From NCBI GenBank assembly GCA_012032065.1, contig JAAURV010000001.1, positions 1 to 36,103 on the forward strand: a DNA stretch of 36,103 bases. Direction: 5' to 3'. Shown piece by piece: positions 9,724 through 20,399 of this stretch. The notes below the pieces were generated by a model, which saw only the letters and a list, made by a program, of their open reading frames with translations, searched no databases and had not been told where the DNA came from. Both the position numbers and the translations under genes were made by a program. Position 1 is the stretch's first letter. Each line of letters opens with the position of its first letter. The DNA is from Hyphomicrobiales bacterium. GTDB lineage: Bacteria > Pseudomonadota > Alphaproteobacteria > Rhizobiales > Aestuariivirgaceae.

Positions 9724-10242
9724 TTCCGCCCTTGCGGCAGGAACGCCCGGAGATGGCATGTGCGAAAGTCATCTCGAACGGTATTCCAAACAGGAGAACG
9801 TGCCGCTTGGCGTTTTGTACGCGGTCGGATTGACCGAGACCGGAAAGAAGGGCCGCTTGCATCCTTACGCACTCAACATCGAAGGAGAGTCGGTCATCCT
9901 TGGCTCAAAAGCGGAGGCGCTTCGGGCATTCGTCATGGCCAGAAAAAAGGTAAGAAACTGATCGACCTCGGCTGCATGCAGGTTAACCATTACTATCACC
10001 GCAAGAACTTCGACTCCGTCGAAGCCATGCTCGACCCCGAAGCAAACATCCAGTACGCGGCCAAGCTGTTGAAGAAGCTCAAGCAGGACAACGGAAGCTG
10101 GACGATGGCGGTTGCGCTCTACCATGCAAGTCCACGCAACAAGAAGGCGCAGCGGCGGTATGTCTGCGCCGTAATCGGAAATCTTGTGGCGACGGGGTTC
10201 GGTGGATGGACTCAAGATTCCCGTAAATTTTGTGGCCGCTGA
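9647..10242 (+). CDS. Flagellar lytic transglycosylase, SLT domain (apparent frameshift in the A6 run at 9943-9948)
   Basis: Signal peptide, VPLGVLYAVGLTETG (catalytic Glu), IDLGCMQVNHYYH, NIQYAAKLL and AVALYHA. Start could alternatively be 9635. Overlaps the end of fliK. Confidence 0.9.
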
Positions 10243-10267
10243 GTCACCTCTCGATAGGCTTAACCCA

Positions 10268-10298
10268 ACAGGCTGGTGCAAGCTTCACATGCTAACAA
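10268..10298 (+). promoter_or_regulatory. Putative Rem/FtcR-type promoter motif before flgE
   Basis: acag-N7-caag-N10-taacaa. Identical spacing recurs before flhA and flgJ. Confidence 0.55.
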
Positions 10299-10325
10299 AG
10301 GTTGGATTCTTTTTGGGAGAAACTC

Positions 10326-11585
10326 ATGAGTTTGTACGGGGTAATGCGCACCAGCACGTCGGGAATGAACGCGCAAGCTAGCCGAATTTCTGTCGTTGCC
10401 GAGAACGTCGCAAACTCCAACACCACCGGATACAAGGCGTCCCGGATGGAATTCTCGTCTCTGTTCATAGAGAACAACATATCCTCCTACAACTCCGGTT
10501 CGGTCGATGGCAATGTCCGCAACCTGAATTCCGTGCAGGGCACTTTGGCGCCAACCAACTCGACGACCGACCTGGCCCTCAAAGGTGAAGGCTTCTTCGT
10601 CGTCCAGAGCCCGAGCGGACAGAATGTACTGACCCGCGCCGGCAACTTCGTGTCCAATGGCGACGGCGATCTGATTAACGCTGCCGGCTTCACGCTGCTT
10701 GGCTATCCGCTCGTCCCCACGCCAGCGACCATCGTGGTTAACGGCTTCAACGGCCTCGTGCCGGTCAATCTGGGCGAGCTCTCGCTTTCCGCCACGCCCT
10801 CGACCAGCGGCGTGTTCCAGGCAAATCTTCCCTCGGAAGCCGTTGCGGTGGCAGCGGCGGATCTGCCGTCGGCTAACGCTGCAACTGCGACTTTCTCCGC
10901 CAAGTCGTCGATTGTCGCTTATGGAAATCTCGGCGAACAGATGCTGCTCGACGTCTATTTCTCGAAGACGGGACCCAGCACATGGGAAGTCGCGGCATTC
11001 GACCGGAACAACGCAGGACCGACCGGCGGCTTCCCCTATAGTGCAGGTCCACTTTCGACCACGACGCTGTCATTCGACCCGTCCAACGGACAGCTCGCCG
11101 GCGCAAGCCCAACGAACATCACAATTCCGGTCCCGAGCGGAGCAAATCTTACGCTCGATTTTTCGGCCATGTCGCAGTTGGCCGGCCCTTACACCGTTCA
11201 GGCCGCGCAGGTGAACGGCAATGGCGCCAGCTACGTCGATCTTGTGGAAATCTCCAATGACGGAACCGTTTACATTGCGTACGAAGACGGGCGCCGCGAA
11301 GCGGTATTCCGGATTCCTCTAGCCAATGTCGAAAGCCCCGACAATTTGGATTCGCTCACTGGAAATGTGTTTACGGCAACGTCGGAATCGGGACCGATCC
11401 AGGTTGGCTTCGCGGGCGAGGGTGGGCTGGGTGAAATCAAGTCCGGCGCGCTCGAGCAGTCGACTGTCGACCTTGCATCCGAATTCACCGACATGATCGA
11501 TGCCCAACGAAGCTACACGGCGAACTCGAAGGTCTTCCAGACAGGCGCGGAGCTGATGGATGTCCTCGTCAATCTGAAGCGGTGA
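10326..11585 (+). CDS. flgE: Flagellar hook protein FlgE
   Basis: MSLYGVMRTSTSGMNAQ...AENVANSNTTGYK, DLALKGEGFFVV, TRAGNF and GALEQSTVDLASEFTDMIDAQRSYTANSK. RBS ggag. Confidence 0.97.
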   Translation: MSLYGVMRTSTSGMNAQASRISVVAENVANSNTTGYKASRMEFSSLFIENNISSYNSGSVDGNVRNLNSVQGTLAPTNSTTDLALKGEGFFVVQSPSGQNVLTRAGNFVSNGDGDLINAAGFTLLGYPLVPTPATIVVNGFNGLVPVNLGELSLSATPSTSGVFQANLPSEAVAVAAADLPSANAATATFSAKSSIVAYGNLGEQMLLDVYFSKTGPSTWEVAAFDRNNAGPTGGFPYSAGPLSTTTLSFDPSNGQLAGASPTNITIPVPSGANLTLDFSAMSQLAGPYTVQAAQVNGNGASYVDLVEISNDGTVYIAYEDGRREAVFRIPLANVESPDNLDSLTGNVFTATSESGPIQVGFAGEGGLGEIKSGALEQSTVDLASEFTDMIDAQRSYTANSKVFQTGAELMDVLVNLKR

Positions 11586-11606
11586 CGGTTTGAGAGATGA
11601 CCCTCC

Positions 11607-13078
11607 ATGACCAGCCTGTCCACGGCACTTTCTCAGGCGCTTTCCGGTCTTAGGGTATCCTCGGGCCAAAGCGCGCTTGTGGCCCGGAACATTTCCAGGG
11701 CCAGCGAGGAGGGCTACACCAGAAAGTATGCGGGCCTCGCGACCGAGTTCGACGGCACCGCGCGCATTTCCAGCATCAACAGAAACGCCGAGAGGCGGCT
11801 CACCGATGTTCTGAACTCGTCCACCACGTCCTCCGACGGGCAGAAAATTCTGCTCGATGCGCTCCAGCGATTGCAGCAGACGGTGGGCGATGTTCAGGAC
11901 GACAGTTCGCTCGCCTGGGGCATCAACGAACTGCAGAACAAGCTTCGCACGCTTGAATCGAACCCGGCAAATCAGGCTCTTGCCGCCAGCGCGGTCAGCA
12001 CGGCTGCTGGTCTCGTATCAAGTTTGCACGCGGCATCGGACTCCATCCAATCCCTAAGGACCGACGCGGACACAGGCATCCAGGACTCGGTCGGCAATAT
12101 CAACGCCTATCTGGCGCAGCTTCAAGAACTCAACACGCGCATCGTTCGAACGCCCACAGGTGACGAAAGCCTGGTGGAGACGCTCGACGCGAGAGACCGC
12201 CTGCTGAAATCCCTGTCTTCGGAGATCGGAATCCGGACCGTCACTCAACCGAACAACGGCATTGCGGTCTACACCACCGGCGGCGTGACGTTGTTCAATG
12301 AAACGGCGCGTCAGGTCACGTTCCAAGCCACGCCCAGTCTTGGCCCAGGTTCGCCCGGAAATTCCGTCTATGCCGACGGCGTTGCAATCGTTGGCCCCGG
12401 CGCGCAGATGCAGCCGACACAGGGCAAGATTGCGGCCAATGCGGAGATACGCGACAAGCTTGCGCCTACCTATCAGAGTCAGATCGACGAAATCGCACGC
12501 GGTTTAATTGTCCTCTTCGCCGAGAAAGATGTCTCCGCGACTCCCACTTTGCCCGACGCCACCGGCCTCTTCAGTTACTCTGGGTCGCCGTCCGTTCCGG
12601 GAGCGGCAACAGTCATCCCCGGCTTGGCGCGATCGATATCGCTCAACGCGGCATTCGATCCCGCCAATGGCGGCAATCCATTTCTCCTCAGGGACGGCGG
12701 AGCGAACGGCCTCGCTTACAAGAGCAATGCCACCAATGCGCCGTCATTCCAGGATCGCATCACCGCTCTCATTTCCGCCCTCGACGCGCCGATAGCATTC
12801 TCGGCCAGCACCGGACTTCCCGCGTCCGCCAGCATCAAGCAGCTCGCGCAGAACTCATCCGGCTGGGTCGAGGGGCTTCGCTCGGAGGCGAGCCAGAAGA
12901 GCGACTATCTCAATGCGTTGACGGCCAAGGCAAAGGAGGCGCTCTCCCGGCAACCGGCGTGAACATCGACGACGAAATGGCGGAGATGCTAAATTTGGAG
13001 AGATCCTATCAGGCATCCGCGAAGGTCATCACCATCATCGATCAGATGTTTGCTTCGCTCATAGCGTCTGTGAGGTAA
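11607..13078 (+). CDS. flgK: Hook-associated protein FlgK (apparent -1 frameshift at about 12950)
   Basis: N-terminal SLSTALSQALSGL...ARNISRASEEGYTRK. The shifted frame supplies the conserved C-terminus TGVNIDDEMAEMLNLERSYQASAKVI, ending at TAA 13076-13078. Confidence 0.93.
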
Positions 13079-13079
13079 C

Positions 13080-14119
13080 ATGAAAATGGATGGCATCTCG
13101 ACACTGAATATTCAGAACGCGCTGCAGTCGTCGTTGAGCAGAAACCAGCGTGCCCTCCTGCGCGCGCAGATCGAATATTCGACGGGACGGCACGAAGATG
13201 TGGGGCTGACTCTCGGCCGGAGCATCTCGACAAGCTTGAGTTTGCGCAGCCAGATTTCAGCCTTCGACAATCTGAAGACCATACACGGCGTGGCGGCCAC
13301 CCGGGCCGAGTTGACGCAGGCGGGGCTCGATCAGCTGACCGATGTCGCCAACACATTCATATCCGCTCTCAGCGGCGCCCGATCCGCGCAGAATGGCCAA
13401 CAGCTGGCCGAAGAAGCTGCGCGAACCGCCTATACCGCAATCTGGCAAGTGCTCGAAACGACCTACGACGGCCAGGCCATCTTTTCGGGCATCAACACCG
13501 GCAATCCCGGCCTGACCCAATATCCCGGCAGCGCCGCCCAGTCGGCCATCGACAACGCATTTCTTTCGGCCTTCGGATTCCTGCCGACTTCGCCGTTGGC
13601 CGTAAACATCACGCCGTCGCAACTTCAGAACCATCTCGATACCAGTTTCCAGCAGGAGTTCCAGGATCCGGACTGGAATGCGAACTGGTCCGCAGCAAGT
13701 ACGGTCACCCCGTTGACGGCGCTCGAAGGCGGCGCCAAGGCGAACCTGTCGGCGACGGCAAATTCCCAAGCCATCCGCGATCTCGTTCAATCGGTCGTGT
13801 CGGTTCTCAGCACGTCGAGCGGACAACTCAGTTCCAGCACGTTTAGCGAACTCACCGATCACGCCATGGCGGGCGCATCCGAAGCCATCCTTGGGATCGC
13901 CAATGAACAAGCCCGCATCGGCATCGGCCAGGAAGAACTCAACCGGTCGACGAGCGCATCGCCAAAAAGTCAGACTTGCTCAAGGCTCGGGTGCAAGAAT
14001 CCGAAGGTGTGGATCAATACGAGGCGGCGATGCGAATGAACCAGCTCATGACCCAGCTTGAGGCGTCCTATGCGATCACGGCCAAAATTTCGAAACTGAC
14101 TTTGGCCGACTACCTGTAG
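13080..14119 (+). CDS. flgL: Hook-associated protein FlgL (apparent -1 frameshift at about 13946)
   Basis: EYSTGRHEDVGLTLG and GQAIFSGINT. The shifted frame gives EGVDQYEAAMRMNQLMTQLEASYAITAKISKLTLADYL*. Confidence 0.93.
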
Positions 14120-14134
14120 CCGAAGAAGGCGCTT

Positions 14135-14494
14135 ATGTATCAACAGTTTTACGACGAGGTCGCGCAAGACGCTTCGGTGAACCTGAAAGCGATCGAGCGC
14201 AGGGGCTTCGAAAGATCGATAGCACTTCTGGAAGGTGCGCAAGCCTCGGGGCCGGGCACGAGGGTGGCCGTCGAAGCGCTGCATTTCACCAGCCGTCTAT
14301 GGAGCTATCTTCTCGAAGACCTTGCGTCGGAAGAAAACGGCCTTCCGCCGGAACTGCGGGCTAAATTGATATCGATCGGTATTTGGATTCTGGAGCGCGC
14401 GGAGGCGATCCGAAAGGGAATTCAGAACGACTTCCAGGCGCTGATCGACATCAACCGCTCGATATTGCTGGGGCTGGAAGATCGGACATGCTGA
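14135..14494 (+). CDS. flaF: Flagellar biosynthesis regulator FlaF
   Basis: MYQQFYDEV, LWSYLLEDLASEENGLPPELRAKLISIGIWI and ALIDINRSI. Confidence 0.95.
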   Translation: MYQQFYDEVAQDASVNLKAIERRGFERSIALLEGAQASGPGTRVAVEALHFTSRLWSYLLEDLASEENGLPPELRAKLISIGIWILERAEAIRKGIQNDFQALIDINRSILLGLEDRTC

Positions 14495-14904
14495 TCCATC
14501 TCAAGCGCAACGAAAAACTCTACATCAACGGCGCGGTCGTCAGGCTCGACCGGCGAGGAACCATACAGCTGCTGAACGACGCGAACTTTCTCATGGAGAA
14601 CCACATCATGCAGCCGGAAGAGGCCACGACGCCTCTCAAGCAAGTCTACTTTCTGGTGCAACTGATGATCATGGACCCGCAGAATGCGCATCTGATGATG
14701 GAGCTGTTCAAGGTGAATGTAGCTCAGCTCCGCCAGATTACGAACAACGCCGAGCTCTCCGATGCCGTGGAAACATTTGAAGGCAAGGTCCTGAAAGGCG
14801 AGTATTTCGAAAGCATGAAAATCATCAGGCAGAACTTCGCTTTGGAAAACCAAATCGCAGCCGGGGCCAGCCCGGCCGGCGCATCCAGCAAGGTGGCGGC
14901 GTAA
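14488..14904 (+). CDS. flbT: Flagellin mRNA-binding regulator FlbT
   Basis: LKRNEKLYINGAV, FLMENHIMQPEEATTPLKQVYF, adjacent to flaF. Confidence 0.95.
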   Translation: MLIHLKRNEKLYINGAVVRLDRRGTIQLLNDANFLMENHIMQPEEATTPLKQVYFLVQLMIMDPQNAHLMMELFKVNVAQLRQITNNAELSDAVETFEGKVLKGEYFESMKIIRQNFALENQIAAGASPAGASSKVAA

Positions 14905-15308
14905 TGATCGTCAACAGTTCAACGGTTTCGGCCACGGCCACAAGCCCGATGAGCGACGCGAAGAAGGCGTCGCTTGATTATGACGCCTTCCTCAAACTTC
15001 TGCTGGCGCAACTCAAGGCCCAGGATCCTACCGATCCCGTGGATCAGAGCCAGACCCTCGCGCAGCTAGCGTCCTTCTCGAATGTCGAACAGACGATTAA
15101 GCTCAACGACAAGCTGAACATGCTCATCGGGCAGATGGGCGCCAGCCAGTCGGTGCAGCTCATAGGCCGCCGGATAGAGTCACTGGCGGATGGCACGGTC
15201 GGAACCGTCGCCGCTGTCGAGATTACGGATGGCGGCGCCGTCGCCGTTTTGGAGGATGGAAAACGCCTGAGCATCTCAGGAGGCGTGCGCGTCAGCTCGA
15301 ATGAATGA
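14904..15308 (+). CDS. flgD: Hook capping protein FlgD (short rhizobial type)
   Basis: LDYDAFLKLLLAQLKAQDPTDPVDQSQTLAQLASFSNVEQ. Confidence 0.96.
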   Translation: MIVNSSTVSATATSPMSDAKKASLDYDAFLKLLLAQLKAQDPTDPVDQSQTLAQLASFSNVEQTIKLNDKLNMLIGQMGASQSVQLIGRRIESLADGTVGTVAAVEITDGGAVAVLEDGKRLSISGGVRVSSNE

Positions 15309-15567
15309 GACCGACGCCATCGAAATGCTGCAGGCGGCTGTCTGGGCCACATGTTTGGTGGCGGGACCCGTGATTCTACCGGCGATGTTTGTGGGAGTCC
15401 TGGTGGCAATGCTTCAGGCGGTCACACAGATTCAGGAAGGCACGCTGACGTTCCTCCCGAAAATGGCCGTCGCCGTCGTTGCTGCATTCATGGCATCCTC
15501 GCTTATCGGATCGCAACTTGTTCTGCTCACCGAGCGGTCCTACGGGTGGATAGCCTCGGGCTTCTAA
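15301..15567 (+). CDS. fliQ: Flagellar export protein FliQ
   Basis: 88 aa hydrophobic protein with LQAVTQIQEGTLTFLPK. Confidence 0.96.
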   Translation: MNETDAIEMLQAAVWATCLVAGPVILPAMFVGVLVAMLQAVTQIQEGTLTFLPKMAVAVVAAFMASSLIGSQLVLLTERSYGWIASGF

Positions 15568-15586
15568 AACATTCCCCGTTGCCTTG

Positions 15587-15617
15587 AAAGTTTCAGGCAA
15601 GCTTAGGCTCCCACACT
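15587..15617 (+). promoter_or_regulatory. Putative Rem/FtcR-type promoter motif before flhA
   Basis: aaag-N7-caag-N10-cacact. Shares gcaagctt with the flgE upstream region. Confidence 0.55.
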
Positions 15618-15627
15618 TGGTGGAATC

Positions 15628-17712
15628 ATGGCGGCCCAGGCACAGGCACTACCACAGCCACGCCGGCGATTTGGCGACATCGGTTTTGCCGTCTGCATCG
15701 CCGCAATTATTGTCGTTCTGTTTCTCCCGATACCCGCTTTCATCGTCGATATGGGACTCGCGGCGTCGGTGACGCTTTCCATTCTCATTCTCATGGTGGC
15801 GCTTTGGATCGAGCGGCCATTGGACTTCTCGGCCTTTCCAATGGTGCTGCTTGTAGCAACCATTCTGCGGCTGGCGCTTAACGTTGCAACGACGCGATTG
15901 ATTCTGTCCCATGGAGCAGAAGGGCAACATGCGGCGGGCTACGTCGTTGGCGGGTTCGCCAATCTTGTCATGGCTGGCGACTTCGTAATCGGAACGGTTG
16001 TGTTCGTCATTCTGCTGACGGTGAACTTCATCGTCATCACCAAGGGCGCCACGCGCATCGCCGAAGTCGGCGCGCGGTTCACGCTCGACGCTATCCCCGG
16101 CAAACAAATGGCGATCGACGCCGATCTCTCCGCCGGCCTCATCGACGATGCCGAAGCGCGCAAGCGCCGCACCGAACTCGAGCTCGAAAGCTCTTTTTAC
16201 GGCTCGATGGACGGCGCTTCGAAATTCGTGCGCGGCGACGCGATAGCGGGTCTGATCATCACGTTCATCAACTCGTTTGGCGGGATCATCATCGGCGTCA
16301 CGCGTCACAACCTCGACTTCGCGTCGGCGGCCGACGCTTACATTAAACTCACCGTGGGAGACGGGCTGGCGACGCAGATACCAGCGCTCATCGTATCTCT
16401 GGGCGCGGGCCTTCTGGTCTCCAAAGGCAGCAACAGGGGAACCGCGGAATCCGCCATTCTCCGGCAGCTCGGCGGTTATCCGCGGGCGATGATCGTTGCA
16501 TCGGGCCTTCTCTTTCTTCTGGCCGTCATGCCCGGCCTGCCGTTCCTTCCCTTCGCGGTTCTCGGCGCTGGACTTGTGGCGGCCTCGATTGCAGTGAGCC
16601 GTGGCCGCCTCAATGAAGAGATCGCCCGCCAGGAGCGCCAAGCGGAATCAGACGCAAGCAAGTCGACGGCGGAGCGCACGTCGGCAAAAGAGCTGCTCCG
16701 CACAAGCGAGATCGAACTGTCGCTCGGTCGGCAACTAACTGGAATCTTGCTTTCGAATCAGAGCGAGCTGGCGCATCGCGTCGCGAAGATGCGGAAGAAG
16801 TTCGCTCAACAGTTCGGTTTTATTATCCCTGAGATCGAGCTCAGCGACGACCTCAACCTCGCGCCGAAGAACTACAGCGTGAAGATTCATGGAACCTTGG
16901 CGGCGAGCTACGAATTGCGTCCGGGCGAAGTCATGGTGGTGACGGCTGGAAGGAAGCCTCCAACGGCGCCGGGAGACCCGATCAAGGAACCCGCCTTCGG
17001 CCTCGAGGCCATGTGGGTTCCCGACATGTTTGCAGCGGATCTGAAGGCCGAGGGTTTCAACACATTCGACATCATGTCGGTGATGCTCACGCATCTGTCG
17101 GAAGTGATACGCAACAATCTGGCGCAGCTCCTGTCCTATCGCGACTTGCGCATGATCACGGAAAGCCTCGAGCCGGAATACAAGCGGCTGCTCGACGAGA
17201 TCGTTCCCTCGCTCCTGACATTCTCGACCTTGCAGGCAATCCTAAAACTTCTTCTTGCGGAGCGAGTTTCCATCCGGAACCTCCAGTTCATCCTCGAAGC
17301 CATCGCAGAGGTGGCTCCTCATGTCCGGAAGCCCGAGATCATCGTCGAGCACGTGCGCATCAGACTGGCTCAGCAGATTTGCGGGGACATCAGCGCCGCC
17401 GGTCCGCTCCACATCATTCGCCTTGGCGGCAGGTGGGACGTGACGTTCATGCAGTCGTTGAAGCGCGACAACAAAGGCGAAGTGGTGGAGTTCGATCTTG
17501 ACCCGAAGGCGTTGGAGGCTTTTGCGCAGGATGCCTCTCGGATCATCAAACCCGCGCTGGACTCTGGCAACAGCTTCGCAGTCGTGACGACTCCCGAGGC
17601 CAGACCCTATGTCCGGCTCATCATAGACCGGATCTTCCCCAATCTTCCGGTGCTGTCGCATTTGGAGGTCTCGAAGGCGGCAAATCTCTCGGTCATCGCA
17701 TCCCTGTCGTGA
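15628..17712 (+). CDS. flhA: Flagellar export gate protein FlhA
   Basis: [39 protein letters not shown] and [19 protein letters not shown] (FHIPEP family), 694 aa. Confidence 0.98.
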   Translation: MAAQAQALPQPRRRFGDIGFAVCIAAIIVVLFLPIPAFIVDMGLAASVTLSILILMVALWIERPLDFSAFPMVLLVATILRLALNVATTRLILSHGAEGQHAAGYVVGGFANLVMAGDFVIGTVVFVILLTVNFIVITKGATRIAEVGARFTLDAIPGKQMAIDADLSAGLIDDAEARKRRTELELESSFYGSMDGASKFVRGDAIAGLIITFINSFGGIIIGVTRHNLDFASAADAYIKLTVGDGLATQIPALIVSLGAGLLVSKGSNRGTAESAILRQLGGYPRAMIVASGLLFLLAVMPGLPFLPFAVLGAGLVAASIAVSRGRLNEEIARQERQAESDASKSTAERTSAKELLRTSEIELSLGRQLTGILLSNQSELAHRVAKMRKKFAQQFGFIIPEIELSDDLNLAPKNYSVKIHGTLAASYELRPGEVMVVTAGRKPPTAPGDPIKEPAFGLEAMWVPDMFAADLKAEGFNTFDIMSVMLTHLSEVIRNNLAQLLSYRDLRMITESLEPEYKRLLDEIVPSLLTFSTLQAILKLLLAERVSIRNLQFILEAIAEVAPHVRKPEIIVEHVRIRLAQQICGDISAAGPLHIIRLGGRWDVTFMQSLKRDNKGEVVEFDLDPKALEAFAQDASRIIKPALDSGNSFAVVTTPEARPYVRLIIDRIFPNLPVLSHLEVSKAANLSVIASLS

Positions 17713-18470
17713 CCGGTTCGCTGCCCGACTTCGCGCTGCTCGTGTTCATCGTATTTTGCAGAGTAGGGCCGGCGGTGATGCTGCTGCCCGGCTTTTCTAC
17801 TCCGCGCGTACCGCTGCTGGCCCGCCTCTTCTTGGCGCTTGTTCTATCGCTGGCCATTGCGCCGCTGATGTCGATGCAGAACCCGGAGCTTCCCCGTTTG
17901 CAGGATCATGGCAAATTCTTCCCGTTGATCGGCGGGGAATTCGTCCTGGGGCTGGCGATTGGCGCCACCGGATCGCTCTTGATCCACGGGGTCAGATTCG
18001 CGGGCGACGTCATTTCGAGTAGCATCGGATTGGGCGGAATCCCAGGCCAGCCGATCGACAGCAACGATCCGTTGGGCCAGATTGCTTCATTGCTGGCGCT
18101 TTCCATGACTCTCTTCATCTTCGCCAGCGGCCTGCATCTGGTTGCCATAGATGCACTTGCCGGAACCTACTCGTCATTGCCGGTCGGCAAACCTCCCGGC
18201 GTGGCGATTATGGCGAAGTCATACGTCTCATTTGCGAGCAGCGTATTTCTCCTCGCTCTTCAGATCGCAAGCCCGTTCATCGCGTTTTCCCTCCTCAGCA
18301 ACCTCGTCGTTGGGATTGTCGGACGTCTCACGCCCAAAATATCGCTATACTTCTCTGCCGTGGGCATCATTGCGGTGGTGGGCATCGCGCTGCTTGCCGT
18401 CTCCGTTCACGCGTCGCTGACATTGTTCGGCGACAGATACGCATCCTGGCTCGCTTCCGAGTTCGAGTGA
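17709..18470 (+). CDS. fliR: Flagellar export protein FliR
   Basis: 253 aa multi-TM protein, [50 protein letters not shown] coupling to flhA. Confidence 0.93.
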   Translation: MTGSLPDFALLVFIVFCRVGPAVMLLPGFSTPRVPLLARLFLALVLSLAIAPLMSMQNPELPRLQDHGKFFPLIGGEFVLGLAIGATGSLLIHGVRFAGDVISSSIGLGGIPGQPIDSNDPLGQIASLLALSMTLFIFASGLHLVAIDALAGTYSSLPVGKPPGVAIMAKSYVSFASSVFLLALQIASPFIAFSLLSNLVVGIVGRLTPKISLYFSAVGIIAVVGIALLAVSVHASLTLFGDRYASWLASEFE

Positions 18471-18865
18471 TGAGAAACCTGCTGCGTCGAAAGAAGCTTT
18501 CCAAGAGCTTGGGCGAGTTGGAGAGATTCCAGAAGCAGGAGCTCGAGCGTCTGCGGATCGAGATTGACCTAAACCACCGAGAGCAAGAGGGATACTTCGC
18601 ATGCGCCGGCAAGATGGCGGAGCTTCTGCCCGGCAGCCAGTCACTCTTTCGCCGCGTTGAGGAATCCAGGCAACGCATCTTGGCCCTGGAAAAGAAGCAC
18701 TCGGCTTTGCAAGGCAAGCTGTTGAAAACGAGAGCCATGCTGAAGGCGGCCGGCGCGCGAACGGACCAGTTGGAAGCTCAACTCGAACGGCGCGAACTCG
18801 ACAGAAGTCTCGATTCCATCGTGTCTCTTGAAGCCGCGTCATCCGGGCGATCCGGGCATGCCTGA
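18467..18865 (+). CDS. Coiled-coil hypothetical protein after fliR, possibly a FliJ-like export component
   Basis: 132 aa, highly charged and helical with heptad character, coupled to the fliR stop. Start is GTG 18467 or ATG 18470. Confidence 0.65.
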   Translation: MMRNLLRRKKLSKSLGELERFQKQELERLRIEIDLNHREQEGYFACAGKMAELLPGSQSLFRRVEESRQRILALEKKHSALQGKLLKTRAMLKAAGARTDQLEAQLERRELDRSLDSIVSLEAASSGRSGHA

Positions 18866-18876
18866 CGGCGCCTGTT

Positions 18877-18907
18877 CCAGTCCCGCGCAAGTAGGATTTG
18901 CTAGCGT
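18877..18907 (+). promoter_or_regulatory. Putative Rem/FtcR-type promoter motif before flgJ
   Basis: ccag-N7-caag-N10-tagcgt, the same geometry as before flgE and flhA. Confidence 0.55.
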
Positions 18908-18941
18908 CAAACTCCTGTAACTGCATGAAGCGGGTGCACTG

Positions 18942-19520
18942 TTGGGCGCTGATCTAATTGCCGGTGTGATGTCTGCGGCCGAGCCAGGGAAGCTGTCAAA
19001 TGCACGCATAAGGCTGTCCGAACTCGCCGCAACTCCGGTCGAGAATGGCTTCGCGGCGAAATTGAAGCAGATCGCGCGCGTGGACAAGGCCGTTGAGCCG
19101 TCCGCGCCGGACTTGATTCTCGGCGTGATGGCGAATGCCGATCGCAAGCGGATGGCTGACGCGGCATCGAAGCTCGCGGACCTGAATGGGAACGAAGCCG
19201 CCGCGCGGACGATCGCGCGAGAAAAGGTCCTCAAGGAATTCGAAAGCACGCTGCTTGCCAGCACGCTCGAATCGATCATGCCCAAATCGCAAGACTCCCT
19301 GTTAGGTGGCGGACCAGCCGAGGAGATATGGAAAGGTCAACAGGTTCAGTTCCTTTCGCAGGCGATCGCGCAACGCTCGCCGCTGGGCCTCATTGGCATG
19401 TTCGGAGACGCGCCGCGGCAGGCGCAAGTTGCCGGTAATCTTGACGTGACAGCGAACGGCCACCAGTTCGGACGCATCAGATCGTTTGCGTATAGTTCGG
19501 GAATAGCGGAGGAATCCTGA
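18942..19520 (+). CDS. flgJ: Rod-binding protein (FlgJ N-domain type, no muramidase domain)
   Basis: KEFESTLLASTLESIMPK...GGGPAEEIWKGQ...LSQAIAQRSPLGL matches the rod-binding domain. Start uncertain (TTG). Confidence 0.8.
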   Translation: MGADLIAGVMSAAEPGKLSNARIRLSELAATPVENGFAAKLKQIARVDKAVEPSAPDLILGVMANADRKRMADAASKLADLNGNEAAARTIAREKVLKEFESTLLASTLESIMPKSQDSLLGGGPAEEIWKGQQVQFLSQAIAQRSPLGLIGMFGDAPRQAQVAGNLDVTANGHQFGRIRSFAYSSGIAEES

Positions 19521-19918
19521 TGGTTGCGGACGGACACCGGTTCAAGCTCGTGGGTCAAGGAGCCGCGAACGCAGCAAGCGAGCCGGGGCGATTGATCTTG
19601 ACGCAATTGGAGCAGTTGTTGCTCGAAGAGAATGCATCTCTCGAACGCAACGGACAATCGGACCATGCTTACTTTATCGAAAGAAAGAACCACATCCTGC
19701 GGGAACTGATCGTTCTGCAGCGGACTTCGGTTATCAAAGGGGAGTTCGCCGGCAATGTCGAGGAGTTGAAGTCGCTCGTAGCCCGGAACCTTGAAGTGCT
19801 GGAAGCGAACATCAAGGCGATCAAGGAAGTATCGGATACGCTCAAGAACGCGGCACTCGCGGAGGAGGCGGACGGGACATACTCCCTGGATGAGCGGCGG
19901 CGGGGAATGGCCTCTTGA
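19520..19918 (+). CDS. flgN: FlgN-like flagellar export chaperone
   Basis: LLEENASLE...ERKNHILREL...NLEVLEANIKAIKEV...EADGTYS pattern and position after flgJ as in rhizobial clusters. Confidence 0.75.
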   Translation: MVADGHRFKLVGQGAANAASEPGRLILTQLEQLLLEENASLERNGQSDHAYFIERKNHILRELIVLQRTSVIKGEFAGNVEELKSLVARNLEVLEANIKAIKEVSDTLKNAALAEEADGTYSLDERRRGMAS

Positions 19919-20388
19919 TCAAACTTGTCATGGTGGGCCTGGTGGGCATCTTCGGCGCTTTGGGCGGCTCGTTCTTCGGCTACGACTTTCTCCTGGGGGG
20001 TGGACACGATGCGCCCGAAGAACATGCCGCCGGCGAGGATTTGCAGCAGATTTCCACGGAGTTGACTGGCGTGCCTATCGTCGCGAACAACGCGGTGGCA
20101 GGGTACGTGGTGTTGAAGGTCTCAAGCGTGATTGACGCATCCAAGCTTCCCTCGAAGGAATTCGCCATCCAGCCTTTTCTTGTCGATGCGGCTTTCAAGG
20201 CTGCATATGGATTCTCGGACAACGGCTTCAGCCGCATCCGGCCAAAGGATTTGGAAGTGCTGGCTGGCGACATTGTGCGCATGGCGAACGAGAAACTGGG
20301 AGCGAACATCGTTCGGTCCGCAAGCCTCGAACAGTTCAACTTCGTAGCGAAGGGCGAGATTCGCGGCATGCTGATGAACCCCAAATAG
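19915..20388 (+). CDS. FliL-paralog membrane protein (MotF-like)
   Basis: N-terminal TM helix, VPIVANNAVAGYVV and ANEKLGANIVRSASLEQFNFV C-terminus typical of the FliL fold. Position after flgN. Confidence 0.7.
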   Translation: MIKLVMVGLVGIFGALGGSFFGYDFLLGGGHDAPEEHAAGEDLQQISTELTGVPIVANNAVAGYVVLKVSSVIDASKLPSKEFAIQPFLVDAAFKAAYGFSDNGFSRIRPKDLEVLAGDIVRMANEKLGANIVRSASLEQFNFVAKGEIRGMLMNPK

Positions 20389-20399
20389 GCTTCCTGAGA

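Noticed and set aside
9941-9950. Programmed frameshifting or phase variation at A6 runs (also 4847-4852)
   Set aside because: The runs are short, no stimulatory structure is evident, and other breaks occur at non-slippery sites.
2418-14119. Pseudogenisation of the flagellar system
   Set aside because: Frameshifts also hit the sugar operon and ccoN, no nonsense codons or deletions were seen, and motifs are intact. Sequencing error is more parsimonious, though not proven.
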